Notes under the pieces: generated by a model
Told to the model about the DNA's origin: nothing
Databases searched by the model: none
What the model saw: the letters and a program-made list of their open reading frames with translations, nothing else
Program-made: the position numbers and the translations under genes
Part shown: piece by piece, positions 41,024 to 50,703 of the stretch
Layout of the letters: every line of letters starts with the position of its first letter
How positions within the stretch are numbered: position 1 is the stretch's first letter
Assembly: GCA_032249135.1 (NCBI GenBank)
Contig: JAVVGL010000004.1
Coordinates: 62,760-126,759, forward strand
Length of the DNA: 64,000 bases
Direction of reading: 5' to 3'
Source: Candidatus Calescibacterium sp.
GTDB taxonomy: Bacteria > Calescibacteriota > Calescibacteriia > Calescibacteriales > Calescibacteriaceae

Positions 41024-42045
41024 TGAATATTCTGACAAAATCAAAAAAAAATAAAAGATTAAAGAAAGCTTTCTTTCTCGTTGTTGTTTTATCTTCTGTT
41101 TCGCTTTTGACAGCAGTTGTGACTCAAATGACAACTTCTATTTCAAGGTCAGGAGTGATTTTGTCTGATGTAAAAAATTCTATTCTTGCAGATTCTCTAT
41201 GTGACTCCGCATTAGAAATAGTTAAAAGAATTCTCCAAGATGACCTATCTCGCGGAAGATATGATTTTTACTCTGAGGACTTCACAAGTGAGGAGGAACT
41301 TTGGTCCAAGACTTATATTTTGCCTGTTGATATACTCTACGGTAAAGTCAGGGTTATAATAACGGATGAGAATGCAAAATTTAATGTTAATGCGTTAGTG
41401 GACTCTCAAGGTAAAACAGAGGCGGTTGCAAGACAAAGTTATCTTAAAGTCTTCCAGAAATTCCTAAAAATTATGAAGTTAGATGAAAGATTTGCCGGAT
41501 ATATCCAAGACTGGATAGATTTTGATTCGGAGGGTATTTTTGAAATTCCACATCAATCTCGGAACTGGTTTATACCATATCCGGAGGAGTTTTTATTTTT
41601 GTCAAATCTTGTGAAAATAGATGTAAGTTCTTTGGTATCAGATTACTTTGAAGGGAGACCAGATGCCACAGGATACCCATATATAACTTTTTGGCCATAT
41701 GCTGGTGCGCTGAAAATAAATGTAAATACTGCACCAAAAGAAATAATAGCTTCTTTCATAGATAAAGATGATGCTCTTGATATAGCGGATAAAATTGTGA
41801 AGGAGAGAAAAAATAACCCATTCAAGACTTTTTCTGAGTTTTTAGTTTCCCTTTCTAAACTCGTTCCACTTTTACCCGAGAACTTTTTCAATTTGCGTCC
41901 TGAAATGATTTTTGATATTGGTTCAGAAATTTTTTCTGTGAAAATTTTTTGTGAATCTCAAGGGGTTCAGTCCGGACTTCAAGCTGTTATTATGAGGGGC
42001 ACAACAGATCAAAGCTTTGAAACTCTATTCTTCAGAAGATTTTAA
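41023..42045 (+). CDS. gspK: Type II secretion minor pseudopilin GspK-like protein
   Basis: Basic leader then hydrophobic helix; IITDENAKFNVNAL, DWID.D and KINVNTAPKE motifs. Confidence 0.75.
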   Translation: MNILTKSKKNKRLKKAFFLVVVLSSVSLLTAVVTQMTTSISRSGVILSDVKNSILADSLCDSALEIVKRILQDDLSRGRYDFYSEDFTSEEELWSKTYILPVDILYGKVRVIITDENAKFNVNALVDSQGKTEAVARQSYLKVFQKFLKIMKLDERFAGYIQDWIDFDSEGIFEIPHQSRNWFIPYPEEFLFLSNLVKIDVSSLVSDYFEGRPDATGYPYITFWPYAGALKINVNTAPKEIIASFIDKDDALDIADKIVKERKNNPFKTFSEFLVSLSKLVPLLPENFFNLRPEMIFDIGSEIFSVKIFCESQGVQSGLQAVIMRGTTDQSFETLFFRRF

Positions 42046-42610
42046 TTTGAATTCTCTTTTCGGAAATTTTAAAATACTAAAAAATGTAGTTGGGGGTAAA
42101 AAGGTGAAAAACCATAAAAATCTTTTTATTTTTTTTATTTTTCATTCTCTTCTCTTGCTCATATTATTATTTATCCCAAGTTCTGTTTTATCGCAGGAAA
42201 GGAACCAAAAAGAAAGGGAGATGATGGAAATTCTCAATAGTATTCGTTCAGATATGCAGAGAATAAATAAAGAGGTAACTGATATGGGTCAATCCATTTG
42301 GCGTATGAACGAGAGGATAAAAGAATATCAGATGAAAACTCAATTTTTTGAAAACTCTGTATCTTCTGTTTTGTCTGATATAGAGAACATCAAAAAAATT
42401 TTAGATAATACTGTAAAAGAGGTTGAAAATTTGAGTGCAAGACCTGATTTATCGGGCAAAGTTGAAGAGATAGAAAAGAGATTGAACTTGATTTACTCAG
42501 GTCTGAAATTCCTCTTTGGGGTGTTAATTATTTCATTTTTCTTTTCTTTTTTATCTTTGATTTTTTCTTTTAGATCTGGGCGGAAAGTTCGCAGAGGTTT
42601 AAGATTTTAG
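42017..42610 (+). CDS. Hypothetical coiled-coil protein with N-terminal signal/TM and C-terminal TM (start probably GTG at 42104)
   Basis: Hydrophobic N-terminal segment, heptad-rich middle, TM plus basic tail. Confidence 0.55.
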   Translation: MKLYSSEDFNLNSLFGNFKILKNVVGGKKVKNHKNLFIFFIFHSLLLLILLFIPSSVLSQERNQKEREMMEILNSIRSDMQRINKEVTDMGQSIWRMNERIKEYQMKTQFFENSVSSVLSDIENIKKILDNTVKEVENLSARPDLSGKVEEIEKRLNLIYSGLKFLFGVLIISFFFSFLSLIFSFRSGRKVRRGLRF

Positions 42611-42639
42611 GTTTTTAGTTGTGATTTATGATTTTATTC

Positions 42640-43719
42640 CTATACCTTAAACTTTATTCTGATTATATCTCCATCTTCAATTATGTAGTCTTTTCCTACG
42701 GTCTTGAAAATTCCTTTTTTATAAGCTTCTTCATCGGATAAGCAATTTTTGTATTCCTCAAATTTTGCAACTTCTGCCGATATGAATCCTTTCTGCATAT
42801 CAGAATGAATCATTCCTGCTGCCTCAAAAATATTTATACCTTTTTTTACTATCCAGCTTCTTAACTCTTTTCCTTCAAAGCCTGTGAAAAATATAACCAG
42901 ATTGGCTGTCTTTTTTATGAATTCAGTTATAAGTTGTCTCAGAGGGGTTATTCCAAATTCCTGAATTTCATCCTCTGTTAGGTCAAATTCAGATATTGCA
43001 TCACATATAATAACATCATCTCGCCCGAGTTCTTTTTTTAAATTGTCCCAGCGATCTTTTCCTAAATCTGTGTTTATTATAATAAAGTAGGGTTTAGCTG
43101 TTATGAGTTGAAGTGATTTTATTTCTTCTTCTGCTATTTTCTTTTCCTTTTCCTTCTCAAAATCTATTTTAAATTCGCCTTTTTCAGCAAATTGTTCAAT
43201 TGCTTTTTTTATTTTTTCCAAAACATAAGAAATTTCTTGCGCATCTTTCTGACCTACTGATGCAAGCTTTTTAATTTTCTCCTCCCTCCTTGAAAGAACT
43301 TCAAGGTCGCTCATAGAAACTTCATACCTTAGAACATCAAAGTCTCTTTTCAGATCGTCTTTACCTTCAACATGTGGAACAGATTTTAAAAATCTCAAAA
43401 CATAAACAACAACATCAAGAGGTCTTATGTAAGACAAAAATTCATTTCCAAGTCCCAAGCCTTCATGAGCTCCTTTTATTAGACCTGCAACATCTATAAT
43501 TTCAACTGCTGGATACTTTATTTCAGATGATTTAAGAATTTTTCCTAATGCTTCAACTCTTGGCTCATACATTACCATGATTCCTTGATTTTTGCTTTTC
43601 GTGGTAAAAGGATACGGGGCAACTTCCGCTGAGGCTTTACACAGAAGATTAAAAATCGTAGTTTTTCCACTTGATGGTATTCCAATAAATCCGACTTTTA
43701 TTTTTTCACCATAAAGCAT
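42640..43719 (-). CDS. ychF: Obg-family ATPase YchF (divergent)
   Basis: GIPSSGKTT, YPFTT, DVAGL..GA..G.GLGNEFL, AAGMIHSD..KGFI and GKDYIIEDGDII motifs. Confidence 0.88.
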   Translation of the reverse strand: MLYGEKIKVGFIGIPSSGKTTIFNLLCKASAEVAPYPFTTKSKNQGIMVMYEPRVEALGKILKSSEIKYPAVEIIDVAGLIKGAHEGLGLGNEFLSYIRPLDVVVYVLRFLKSVPHVEGKDDLKRDFDVLRYEVSMSDLEVLSRREEKIKKLASVGQKDAQEISYVLEKIKKAIEQFAEKGEFKIDFEKEKEKKIAEEEIKSLQLITAKPYFIIINTDLGKDRWDNLKKELGRDDVIICDAISEFDLTEDEIQEFGITPLRQLITEFIKKTANLVIFFTGFEGKELRSWIVKKGINIFEAAGMIHSDMQKGFISAEVAKFEEYKNCLSDEEAYKKGIFKTVGKDYIIEDGDIIRIKFKV

Positions 43720-43783
43720 ATGAGAAAATTTAAAGTATCAGAAAAACAGAAAAAATTGCGTTTTGATTATTATTTTTTGAACA

Positions 43784-44317
43784 TCATATTTTGAATGTTG
43801 ATTTGTTGTACCTTTCAAGGACAAAAAATCCAACGAATATTGTTTTTCCAAATAATTCAGCATAAGCTTTTCCAAGATAAAGGTCGTCGTTGTCTTCAAA
43901 CGGTTTCACAAGATAATCTCTGAGGACTCTGGATGGGTCAAAAATTGGATTTCCACCTTTGCTATAATCAAGCAAAAGAGCATGAGGGTAGAGATTATGC
44001 TTTGGGGAGAACTCAGCTGGATAAACTTTAAAGAACCCATGCCTTTTTGGATTAGATTCATCTGGCAAAGCTATCCATGGTTCAGTTGGTGAGTTTTGTT
44101 CAACGAGCACATTATATCCTATCACCTCATCTCCAAAGCTTACAAATCCTTTTTTGAATTTGAGAATTCTTCCAAGGCGTGGGAGCAAACCTATATTGTG
44201 ACCTTTAAACTCCCATCCAACGAGCTTTGATACATCGGGTCTTTTGCCTTGCAATAAAATAGCTTCAAGAACAAAAGGGGGAACCCGAAGAAAACTTAAA
44301 AAATTCATATCAGTCAT
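43784..44317 (-). CDS. Hypothetical protein
   Basis: Long ORF. ATG at 44317 has an AGGAGG RBS and follows the upstream epimerase gene. Confidence 0.6.
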   Translation of the reverse strand: MTDMNFLSFLRVPPFVLEAILLQGKRPDVSKLVGWEFKGHNIGLLPRLGRILKFKKGFVSFGDEVIGYNVLVEQNSPTEPWIALPDESNPKRHGFFKVYPAEFSPKHNLYPHALLLDYSKGGNPIFDPSRVLRDYLVKPFEDNDDLYLGKAYAELFGKTIFVGFFVLERYNKSTFKI

Positions 44318-44339
44318 AAACTTTACCTCCTTTGACAAA

Positions 44340-45641
44340 TTAAATTAGACCATTTTCTTCATACCATTTTATAGTTTCCTTCATTCCATCTTGGAATTTT
44401 GGGTATTTAAATTCAAATCCAGTAGATTTAAGTTTTTCATTAGAGTACCGCATATCGTAGCCGAACATAAAGGAGAATTCAAATTCAATCGCTTTCTTTT
44501 TCAGTATTTTCTCTGATATGAATGAAAACGCGATAATTCCTGCTCTTACAATTTCAACCGGAACCGGGGGAAGAAGATAAAACGGTTTATCAAATATCTC
44601 AGCAGCAAATCTCATAATATCAATTGCTGTGTTATTGCTATCATCATTTATTATGTAGTCTTCACCGTTAGCTTCTGGTTTGTTTGCAAGATGTAAAGCG
44701 GCTCTACAAACATCAGCTGCATGGACGCTCGGGAAACCAAAAGTAAAATTAGAAGGTATAGCCAAAAATTTCATCTTTTTGAATGCTCTCAAATTCTCCA
44801 AAAACATATAGGTTTCTCTTGGACCATAAACAGCAGTAGGTCTTATAACCGTGACTGGAATTCCATATTTTCTGTGATACATCATAGCTAACCTTTCTTC
44901 AAGAAATTTAGAGAGTGCGTATCTTGTAGGAGGTGCAACAAGAGAATTTTCGGTTATAGGGACTTCATTTCCATCTGGGAGAGCGAAAATTCCATTTGTG
45001 CTCCAAACGACAACCCTTTTGAGTTGAGATGGTTCGCTTTTTAAAATCTCATCAAAAACATTTTTCGTTCCAAGAACATTGACTTTATAGAGTAAATCCC
45101 AGCTGACATCATATTTGAGTATTGCGGCTATGTGTAAGATATATGTTGCATCTTTGAAAACATCTTTCAAAGTTTCAGGTAAGGTTATATCACATTCGGC
45201 GATTTCATCAGCAAGTTTTTTGACAAACTCAGGAAAGCGAGCTTTCCCGCTTCCAAACTCGTCTTTTCCTTTGAAAGCAGATGGTAGATCACAGGCTCTA
45301 ACTTTAAAACCATATTCTTTTGCTATTTGGACAGCCCACGAGCCAATAAAACCGCAGGCACCAGTAATAACTACCAACGGGGGTTTCTCTTCTTTTGGTT
45401 TTTCTTCTTTTGGTTTCTCTTCAACTGGTTTTTCTTCTTCTACTCTGACTTCAATTTCTTTTTTTTCTTCTCTGATTTCTTTTTTTTCAATTTCAGTTTT
45501 AATTTCAGTCTCAACTTCTTTTTCTTTCTCTTTTGCTCTCTTTTTTTTAGTAGTTTTTTTCTCGGCTGACGCAAAAAGGTCAGCGACTTTTTCTTTTTTC
45601 TCTTCTTCTTTCTTCTTTTCTTCTTCTTTTTTCTTTTCCAT
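44340..45641 (-). CDS. NAD-dependent epimerase/dehydratase with a Glu/Lys-rich N-terminal extension
   Basis: TGACGFIG, HIAA, YALSK and RPTAVYGP motifs. Start moved to the ATG at 45641 to avoid overlapping the mutase gene. Confidence 0.82.
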   Translation of the reverse strand: MEKKKEEEKKKEEEKKEKVADLFASAEKKTTKKKRAKEKEKEVETEIKTEIEKKEIREEKKEIEVRVEEEKPVEEKPKEEKPKEEKPPLVVITGACGFIGSWAVQIAKEYGFKVRACDLPSAFKGKDEFGSGKARFPEFVKKLADEIAECDITLPETLKDVFKDATYILHIAAILKYDVSWDLLYKVNVLGTKNVFDEILKSEPSQLKRVVVWSTNGIFALPDGNEVPITENSLVAPPTRYALSKFLEERLAMMYHRKYGIPVTVIRPTAVYGPRETYMFLENLRAFKKMKFLAIPSNFTFGFPSVHAADVCRAALHLANKPEANGEDYIINDDSNNTAIDIMRFAAEIFDKPFYLLPPVPVEIVRAGIIAFSFISEKILKKKAIEFEFSFMFGYDMRYSNEKLKSTGFEFKYPKFQDGMKETIKWYEENGLI

Positions 45642-45693
45642 TTTTAGAAAAAAATTTGATGAAAAATTTAATTTTTGAGGATTTCCAAAAATT

Positions 45694-47397
45694 TTAGAAG
45701 AATGTAAATCCTCTGAATCTTCCGTATATTTTCTCAAAGACTCCCGATATTTCCCCCAAAGTGCATCCTACCTCTGCACATTCTATTATTGGTTCCATAA
45801 GATTAGTTTTCCCGTCTTTTGCGTAATCTTCAAGTCTTGAAAGAGCAATTTTAACTTTTTCGTTGTCTCTTTCTTTTTTGAACTTTTGAAGTTGCTCTAT
45901 TTTTTTCCTTACCATTTCCTCATTAAGTCGAAAGATTTTCACTTTCTGATCTTGGCTTGTTTCTCTAAAAATATTCACTCCAACAACCAAAATTTTCTTT
46001 TCTTCAACAAGTTTCTGATATTCCCACGAACTTCTTGCTATTTCTCTTTGGATAAAACCAACTTCAACTGCTTTTCTCATTCCGCCGAGTTCATCAATCT
46101 TTTTTATGTAGTCCCATATTCTCTCTTCTATTTTATCGGTAAGATATTCAACATAATATGACCCGCCGAGTGGATCCACTGTATCTGCAATAAATGTCTC
46201 ATATGCAAGTATTTGCTGAGTTCTCAGAGCAATCTTTACGGAGTAATCTGTTGGTAGAGCGAGAGCTTCATCGTATGAGTTGGTGTGTATGCTTTGAGCT
46301 CCTCCAAGTGCAGCAGCCATAGCTTGGTATGCTACTCTGACTATGTTATTTATTGGTTCTTGCGCAACCAAAGTTACTCCCGATGTTTGAGCGTGAAATT
46401 TGAGTTTCATAGCTTCCGGATTTTTCACGCCAAATCTTTCTTTCATTATTTTTGCCCAAACTCTCCTTGCGGCTCTGAACTTTGCGATCTCCTCAAAGAA
46501 GTTGTTGTGAACAGAGAAGAAAAATGTTATTCGCTTTCCGAAATCATCAGGAGATAGTCCCCTTTCTATTGCCCGGGAAACATATTCTATTCCAGAGCAG
46601 ATTGCAAAAGCGGCTTCTTGAACAGCAGTTGCTCCTGCCTCCCTCATATGATAACCAGAGACAGAAATAGGATTGAACTCTGGCATTTTCTTCGTGCAAA
46701 ACTCAATAACATCTATTGCAAGCTTTATAGAGAAATCGGGAGGATATATATATGTTCCCCGTGCTGCGTATTCTTTCAGTATATCATTTTGAACTGTTCC
46801 ACGAAGTTTTTCTGGTGGAACCCCTTGCTCTTTTCCCACGACATAAAAAAATCCCAAAATTATGGGTGCGGTGGCATTTATTGTGAATGAAACAGAAACT
46901 TTTGATAATGGTATATCTTTGAAAACTGTTCTCATATCTTCTACTGTGTCTATTGCTACTCCTACCTTACCAACTTCTGGGAAAGCGATTTCATGGTCGG
47001 AATCATACCCCATTTGAGTTGGCAGGTCAAAAGCCATAGAAAGTCCAGTTTGACCTTCTTTGAGGAGAAATTTAAATCTTTCATTAGTTTCTTCTGGGGT
47101 TCCAAAACCAGAATATTGTCGCATAGTCCAGTATCTTGCTCTGTACATTGTAGGCTGAACTCCACGAGTAAACGGGAATTCACCTGGGAAGCTCAGAAAT
47201 CCATCAGGTTCTCCTTGAGATTCATAGTAAGGTAAAAAGCGAGGAATCTCAATGCCACTTGTTGTTTCAAAATTGTCTTTCCTTTCAGGTATTTTTTCTA
47301 ACGAAGGTTTGAGAACTTTTTCCTCCCACTCTTTTAGCTTATCTGAAATTAATTTTTCTTTATTGTTTTGGTTCTGGTTTTTGTTTTTTTTCCTCAT
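45694..47397 (-). CDS. Methylmalonyl-CoA mutase large (substrate-binding) subunit
   Basis: PGEFPFTRG, WTMRQYSG (Tyr), ILKEYAARGTY (Arg), SGYHMREAG and IHTNSYDEA motifs. Confidence 0.9.
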   Translation of the reverse strand: MRKKNKNQNQNNKEKLISDKLKEWEEKVLKPSLEKIPERKDNFETTSGIEIPRFLPYYESQGEPDGFLSFPGEFPFTRGVQPTMYRARYWTMRQYSGFGTPEETNERFKFLLKEGQTGLSMAFDLPTQMGYDSDHEIAFPEVGKVGVAIDTVEDMRTVFKDIPLSKVSVSFTINATAPIILGFFYVVGKEQGVPPEKLRGTVQNDILKEYAARGTYIYPPDFSIKLAIDVIEFCTKKMPEFNPISVSGYHMREAGATAVQEAAFAICSGIEYVSRAIERGLSPDDFGKRITFFFSVHNNFFEEIAKFRAARRVWAKIMKERFGVKNPEAMKLKFHAQTSGVTLVAQEPINNIVRVAYQAMAAALGGAQSIHTNSYDEALALPTDYSVKIALRTQQILAYETFIADTVDPLGGSYYVEYLTDKIEERIWDYIKKIDELGGMRKAVEVGFIQREIARSSWEYQKLVEEKKILVVGVNIFRETSQDQKVKIFRLNEEMVRKKIEQLQKFKKERDNEKVKIALSRLEDYAKDGKTNLMEPIIECAEVGCTLGEISGVFEKIYGRFRGFTFF

Positions 47398-47494
47398 AAT
47401 TTCATTTTATTTTACTCTTGATTGTAATAAGTTCCAAAAATGTGATTTTTTTTCTTCTTTCCTTTATTTTTCTGTTTTCATTTTTGTTTGAGTT

Positions 47495-48181
47495 TTACTT
47501 TAAGACTTTTCCTGATTGTTTGAAGAAGATAAATAGGTCAAGAGCAGAGAGAGGAATTTTGAGGATTTCTGATATTTTTGTTAGAACTCCTTCGCAAATG
47601 AGGTATAATGATGGTGATATTGACTCTCTTTGAGGTACAAGTTTGTGTCTTACGAGGAACCTATAAATGTGCCTATCTACTATTGCAACATCGTCAAATC
47701 CAATGTTTCTGAGGAAGTGGCTTGACTCTTTCATACCTAATCCTTTGAGCTTTATAACTTTTTCTCTTGCTTTCTTTCCATCTTTTTCTTTGAGAACAGA
47801 GTTGATGTCAAAATTTCTTGCTAAGAATATGTAATGGGCTCTGATTTCTGGGTATCTGTGTCCCATACTTTTGAAAATTTGAGAGAGCTCTTCAAAACTT
47901 TTTTTCATAAATCCTTCGTCTCCGACGAATTTTTGTATCTTTATACCGAGTTCTGCGGAAGAGTTAGCTGTAAGGAAACAGAAACAGAGCTCCCCAAACA
48001 GACCTGTTTCAAGGTCAATATCTAAAAATGGTCTAAAATCAAAGCGAGTTTTTCCATTTGCACCAAGCTCTTTGAATTCTTGAATTCTTTTTTCAACTAT
48101 ATCTTTGAGAGGAATACCGTTGTATTTTGATGAAATTACTTTTTCTATTTCCTCAACTGCAAAAATTAACTCCTTCTGCAT
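47495..48181 (-). CDS. ogg: 8-oxoguanine DNA glycosylase/AP lyase (Ogg2, thermophile/archaeal type)
   Basis: ELCFCFLTANSSA, GLGMKESSHFLRN, AIVDRH and C-terminal GKVLK motifs. Confidence 0.92.
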   Translation of the reverse strand: MQKELIFAVEEIEKVISSKYNGIPLKDIVEKRIQEFKELGANGKTRFDFRPFLDIDLETGLFGELCFCFLTANSSAELGIKIQKFVGDEGFMKKSFEELSQIFKSMGHRYPEIRAHYIFLARNFDINSVLKEKDGKKAREKVIKLKGLGMKESSHFLRNIGFDDVAIVDRHIYRFLVRHKLVPQRESISPSLYLICEGVLTKISEILKIPLSALDLFIFFKQSGKVLK

Positions 48182-48221
48182 CGGATAAAATTAGAAAGCT
48201 TTATTTTTAAAATCAATTTTA

Positions 48222-49004
48222 GTGGATATTTTTTGGAATGGTCAAAAGCTCATTGAGTTTTCACCAATATTCATAAGAACCTCTTTTCTTTTATTTTCTG
48301 TGCCTATGTTCTCATCACAGATAATATTTCCGATTATGAGAGGGGGTATAGCTCTTGCGGTGTCATTAGCTATATATTCAGGGTTGAAACCTACTTTTTC
48401 TTTCTTTGAGATGAGTTTAGCAGATATTATAGCAGGAATATTGAGCGAGCTTTTCTTTTCGTTTCTTGTATTTATTATAATAAGAATTTTTCTGCTTTCT
48501 CCTCAGTTATCGGGTGAGACTATAAGCTACCAGTTAGGATACGGACTTATGACGCTCGTGAGCCCATTTGAGGAAAATCCAGTTTCCGTAATAACAGAAT
48601 TTATTTTCTTGATAGCTATAACCTTATTTTTTGTTTTAGATATACACATAGGATTTTTGTGGGGTATAAAGAAGAGCTTTGAAATTGTTCCTCCTTTTTC
48701 ATTTGCTTTATCTGAAAATCAATCAGAGTTTTTGCTGCAAAGACTGAGGGAATCATTTTATGTATCCTTGCAGATAGCTTTTCCGGTTATATTGGCTATG
48801 TTCATAATTGAGATTTCAATTGCTATAATATCAAGAACTATACCGCAGTTTAACATTTTCGTTATTGGATTTCCACTTAGGATAGCAATTGGAATCCTCA
48901 TTCTTACATTTACATTTGATAGAATTGGTTTTCTGATAGGGGAGTTTATGAAGAAATTTATAGAATCTTTTTCAGATATTATTCTTTTGGGAATAAAGCA
49001 TTAG
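48222..49004 (+). CDS. fliR: Flagellar export protein FliR
   Basis: R....F..PMFS, GETISYQLG and SRTIPQFNIFVIGFPLRI motifs; polytopic membrane protein. Confidence 0.88.
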   Translation: MDIFWNGQKLIEFSPIFIRTSFLLFSVPMFSSQIIFPIMRGGIALAVSLAIYSGLKPTFSFFEMSLADIIAGILSELFFSFLVFIIIRIFLLSPQLSGETISYQLGYGLMTLVSPFEENPVSVITEFIFLIAITLFFVLDIHIGFLWGIKKSFEIVPPFSFALSENQSEFLLQRLRESFYVSLQIAFPVILAMFIIEISIAIISRTIPQFNIFVIGFPLRIAIGILILTFTFDRIGFLIGEFMKKFIESFSDIILLGIKH

Positions 49005-49010
49005 AGGATT

Positions 49011-49388
49011 TCATTCTTTTTTCTGTTGTAGGTTTTGGGAAATATCAATAATTTTGTAAAGTAAGTTTTTAATATTTCTGGTGTCGTTTTCAATTCTTTC
49101 TACTCGTTCTACTATTTGTTTCATATCAACTTTCATTTCCGAAAGTTCCTTTCTTATTTCTTTGTTATCTTCTTCTATTTTTTCTATTCTTCTTACTAAT
49201 GAATTTTCAAGGGAATCTATGCGTTTGTTAGTGTCATCAATTCTTCTGTTCAGGTCATTATTTATTTCGCTGATTCTTTTGTTCATGTCATCAATTCTTC
49301 TGTTTATGATGTGAGTAGCAAGCACAATAAAGCTCCCGATTACTCCTGCTGTTCCTATTATTATGCTAAAAATTTGTAATCCATCCAT
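49011..49388 (-). CDS. Membrane-anchored coiled-coil protein of a multicopy family
   Basis: N-terminal TM, then RIDD.NKRI repeats and heptads; paralog at 63789..64000. Confidence 0.7.
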   Translation of the reverse strand: MDGLQIFSIIIGTAGVIGSFIVLATHIINRRIDDMNKRISEINNDLNRRIDDTNKRIDSLENSLVRRIEKIEEDNKEIRKELSEMKVDMKQIVERVERIENDTRNIKNLLYKIIDISQNLQQKKE

Positions 49389-49487
49389 AACATTTATTTT
49401 AACTCAAAAATTTATTTTTTCCATTAAATTCAAAAGTTCGTTATATTTGACAAAATTGAAAAGAAAAGAATTAAATTAGAAAGGAAA

Positions 49488-50315
49488 ATGTTTGCATGGA
49501 TAGAACTTACACCATCATGTAATTTGAGGTGCGTTCATTGTTATGTGAATTATGATTTTGAGGCTAATGATGGTAGAACTCAAATTCGCTTCAATCCGTT
49601 TGTCCCGGAACTTATAGATAATCTGGCAAAAGTAGGTTGCAAGATGGTTCAATTCATCGGTGGAGAACCATTACTTCTTAAAACGAAATTGGAAGAGTAT
49701 ATTAGGCTTGCAAAATCTAAAAACATGGGGGTAGAAGTCTATTCAAATCTCACGCTGCTTGACAAGAATGAAAACCTCGTAAATTTTTTCAAAGAGTATG
49801 GAGTGTATATTGCAACTTCATTTTATTCATATGATGAAAACACTCATGACAGAATAACTCAAAAGCCGGGGTCATTCAGAAAAACATTAGAAGCTATCAA
49901 GAAGGTTTTGAGCAAAGGAATAGATGTCAGGGTGGGAATAGTTATTATAAAAAACCTCAACGATCAACATATAAAAGATACGATAAGATTCTTGCAGAAA
50001 TTGGGAATTAAAAAAACAAGCATAAGAGTTGACAACATAAGAGAAGTCGGGACAGAAAAAACATGTGATGTTGAAAATTCATGTCTTCCAGGAAAGGCAT
50101 GCTTTTCATATAACGGATATGTTTTTCCTTGCATATTTTTTAGAAACATAATATTGGGGAAGTATCCGGAAGATAGCTTTGATAAAATAATGAGCAATCT
50201 CAAGAAATTCTGGTTGCAGAAGATGTTTTCTGACAAAAATATAAGAACAGCAGAAAAATTTATATCAAGATTAGGAATTCCACAGGATTTAGCTAAAATT
50301 GTGAGGATACAATGA
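49488..50315 (+). CDS. Radical SAM protein with a short SPASM/twitch-type C-terminal domain
   Basis: ELTPSCNLRCVHCY and GGEP motifs; C-terminal C...SC...GYVFPC...LG; TTGACA at 49447-49452 upstream. Confidence 0.9.
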   Translation: MFAWIELTPSCNLRCVHCYVNYDFEANDGRTQIRFNPFVPELIDNLAKVGCKMVQFIGGEPLLLKTKLEEYIRLAKSKNMGVEVYSNLTLLDKNENLVNFFKEYGVYIATSFYSYDENTHDRITQKPGSFRKTLEAIKKVLSKGIDVRVGIVIIKNLNDQHIKDTIRFLQKLGIKKTSIRVDNIREVGTEKTCDVENSCLPGKACFSYNGYVFPCIFFRNIILGKYPEDSFDKIMSNLKKFWLQKMFSDKNIRTAEKFISRLGIPQDLAKIVRIQ

Positions 50316-50354
50316 AAAGAAAAAAGGAAGGAAAGAAAATGAAGTGAATAAAAG

Positions 50355-50681
50355 ATGGAAAATGGGGATAAAAAGAGAAAAATTGATATTCTGAAAAGGA
50401 AGCTTTTGAAATTAGGGATATACTCAACTCCAATTATTTTGAGCATCTCAATACCTGATATAGAAATTCAAGCTCAAACTCCTGTTGAAGAACCTTGTGC
50501 CCCCTTTCTTGCTCCACCAATCAGAAAGAAAGGCATTATAGAACAGGAGGAAGACAAGAATGAGAAAAATCGTAACAAAAAGAAAATAAGGATAAAGTCA
50601 ATTTACGAGCTCTATAAAGATCCATTCAAATCACCTTTCAAAAAATCCCCTTTTGGGAAGAAAAAAGAGGAAGAAAAGTAG
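50355..50681 (+). CDS. Small protein with a Tat-like leader; candidate substrate of the adjacent radical SAM enzyme
   Basis: KRKLLKLGIYSTP...IQAQTPVEEPCAPF; 39 nt downstream of the radical SAM gene on the same strand. Confidence 0.6.
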   Translation: MENGDKKRKIDILKRKLLKLGIYSTPIILSISIPDIEIQAQTPVEEPCAPFLAPPIRKKGIIEQEEDKNEKNRNKKKIRIKSIYELYKDPFKSPFKKSPFGKKKEEEK

Positions 50682-50703
50682 AAAACGAAACTGGGCGAAA
50701 ACA

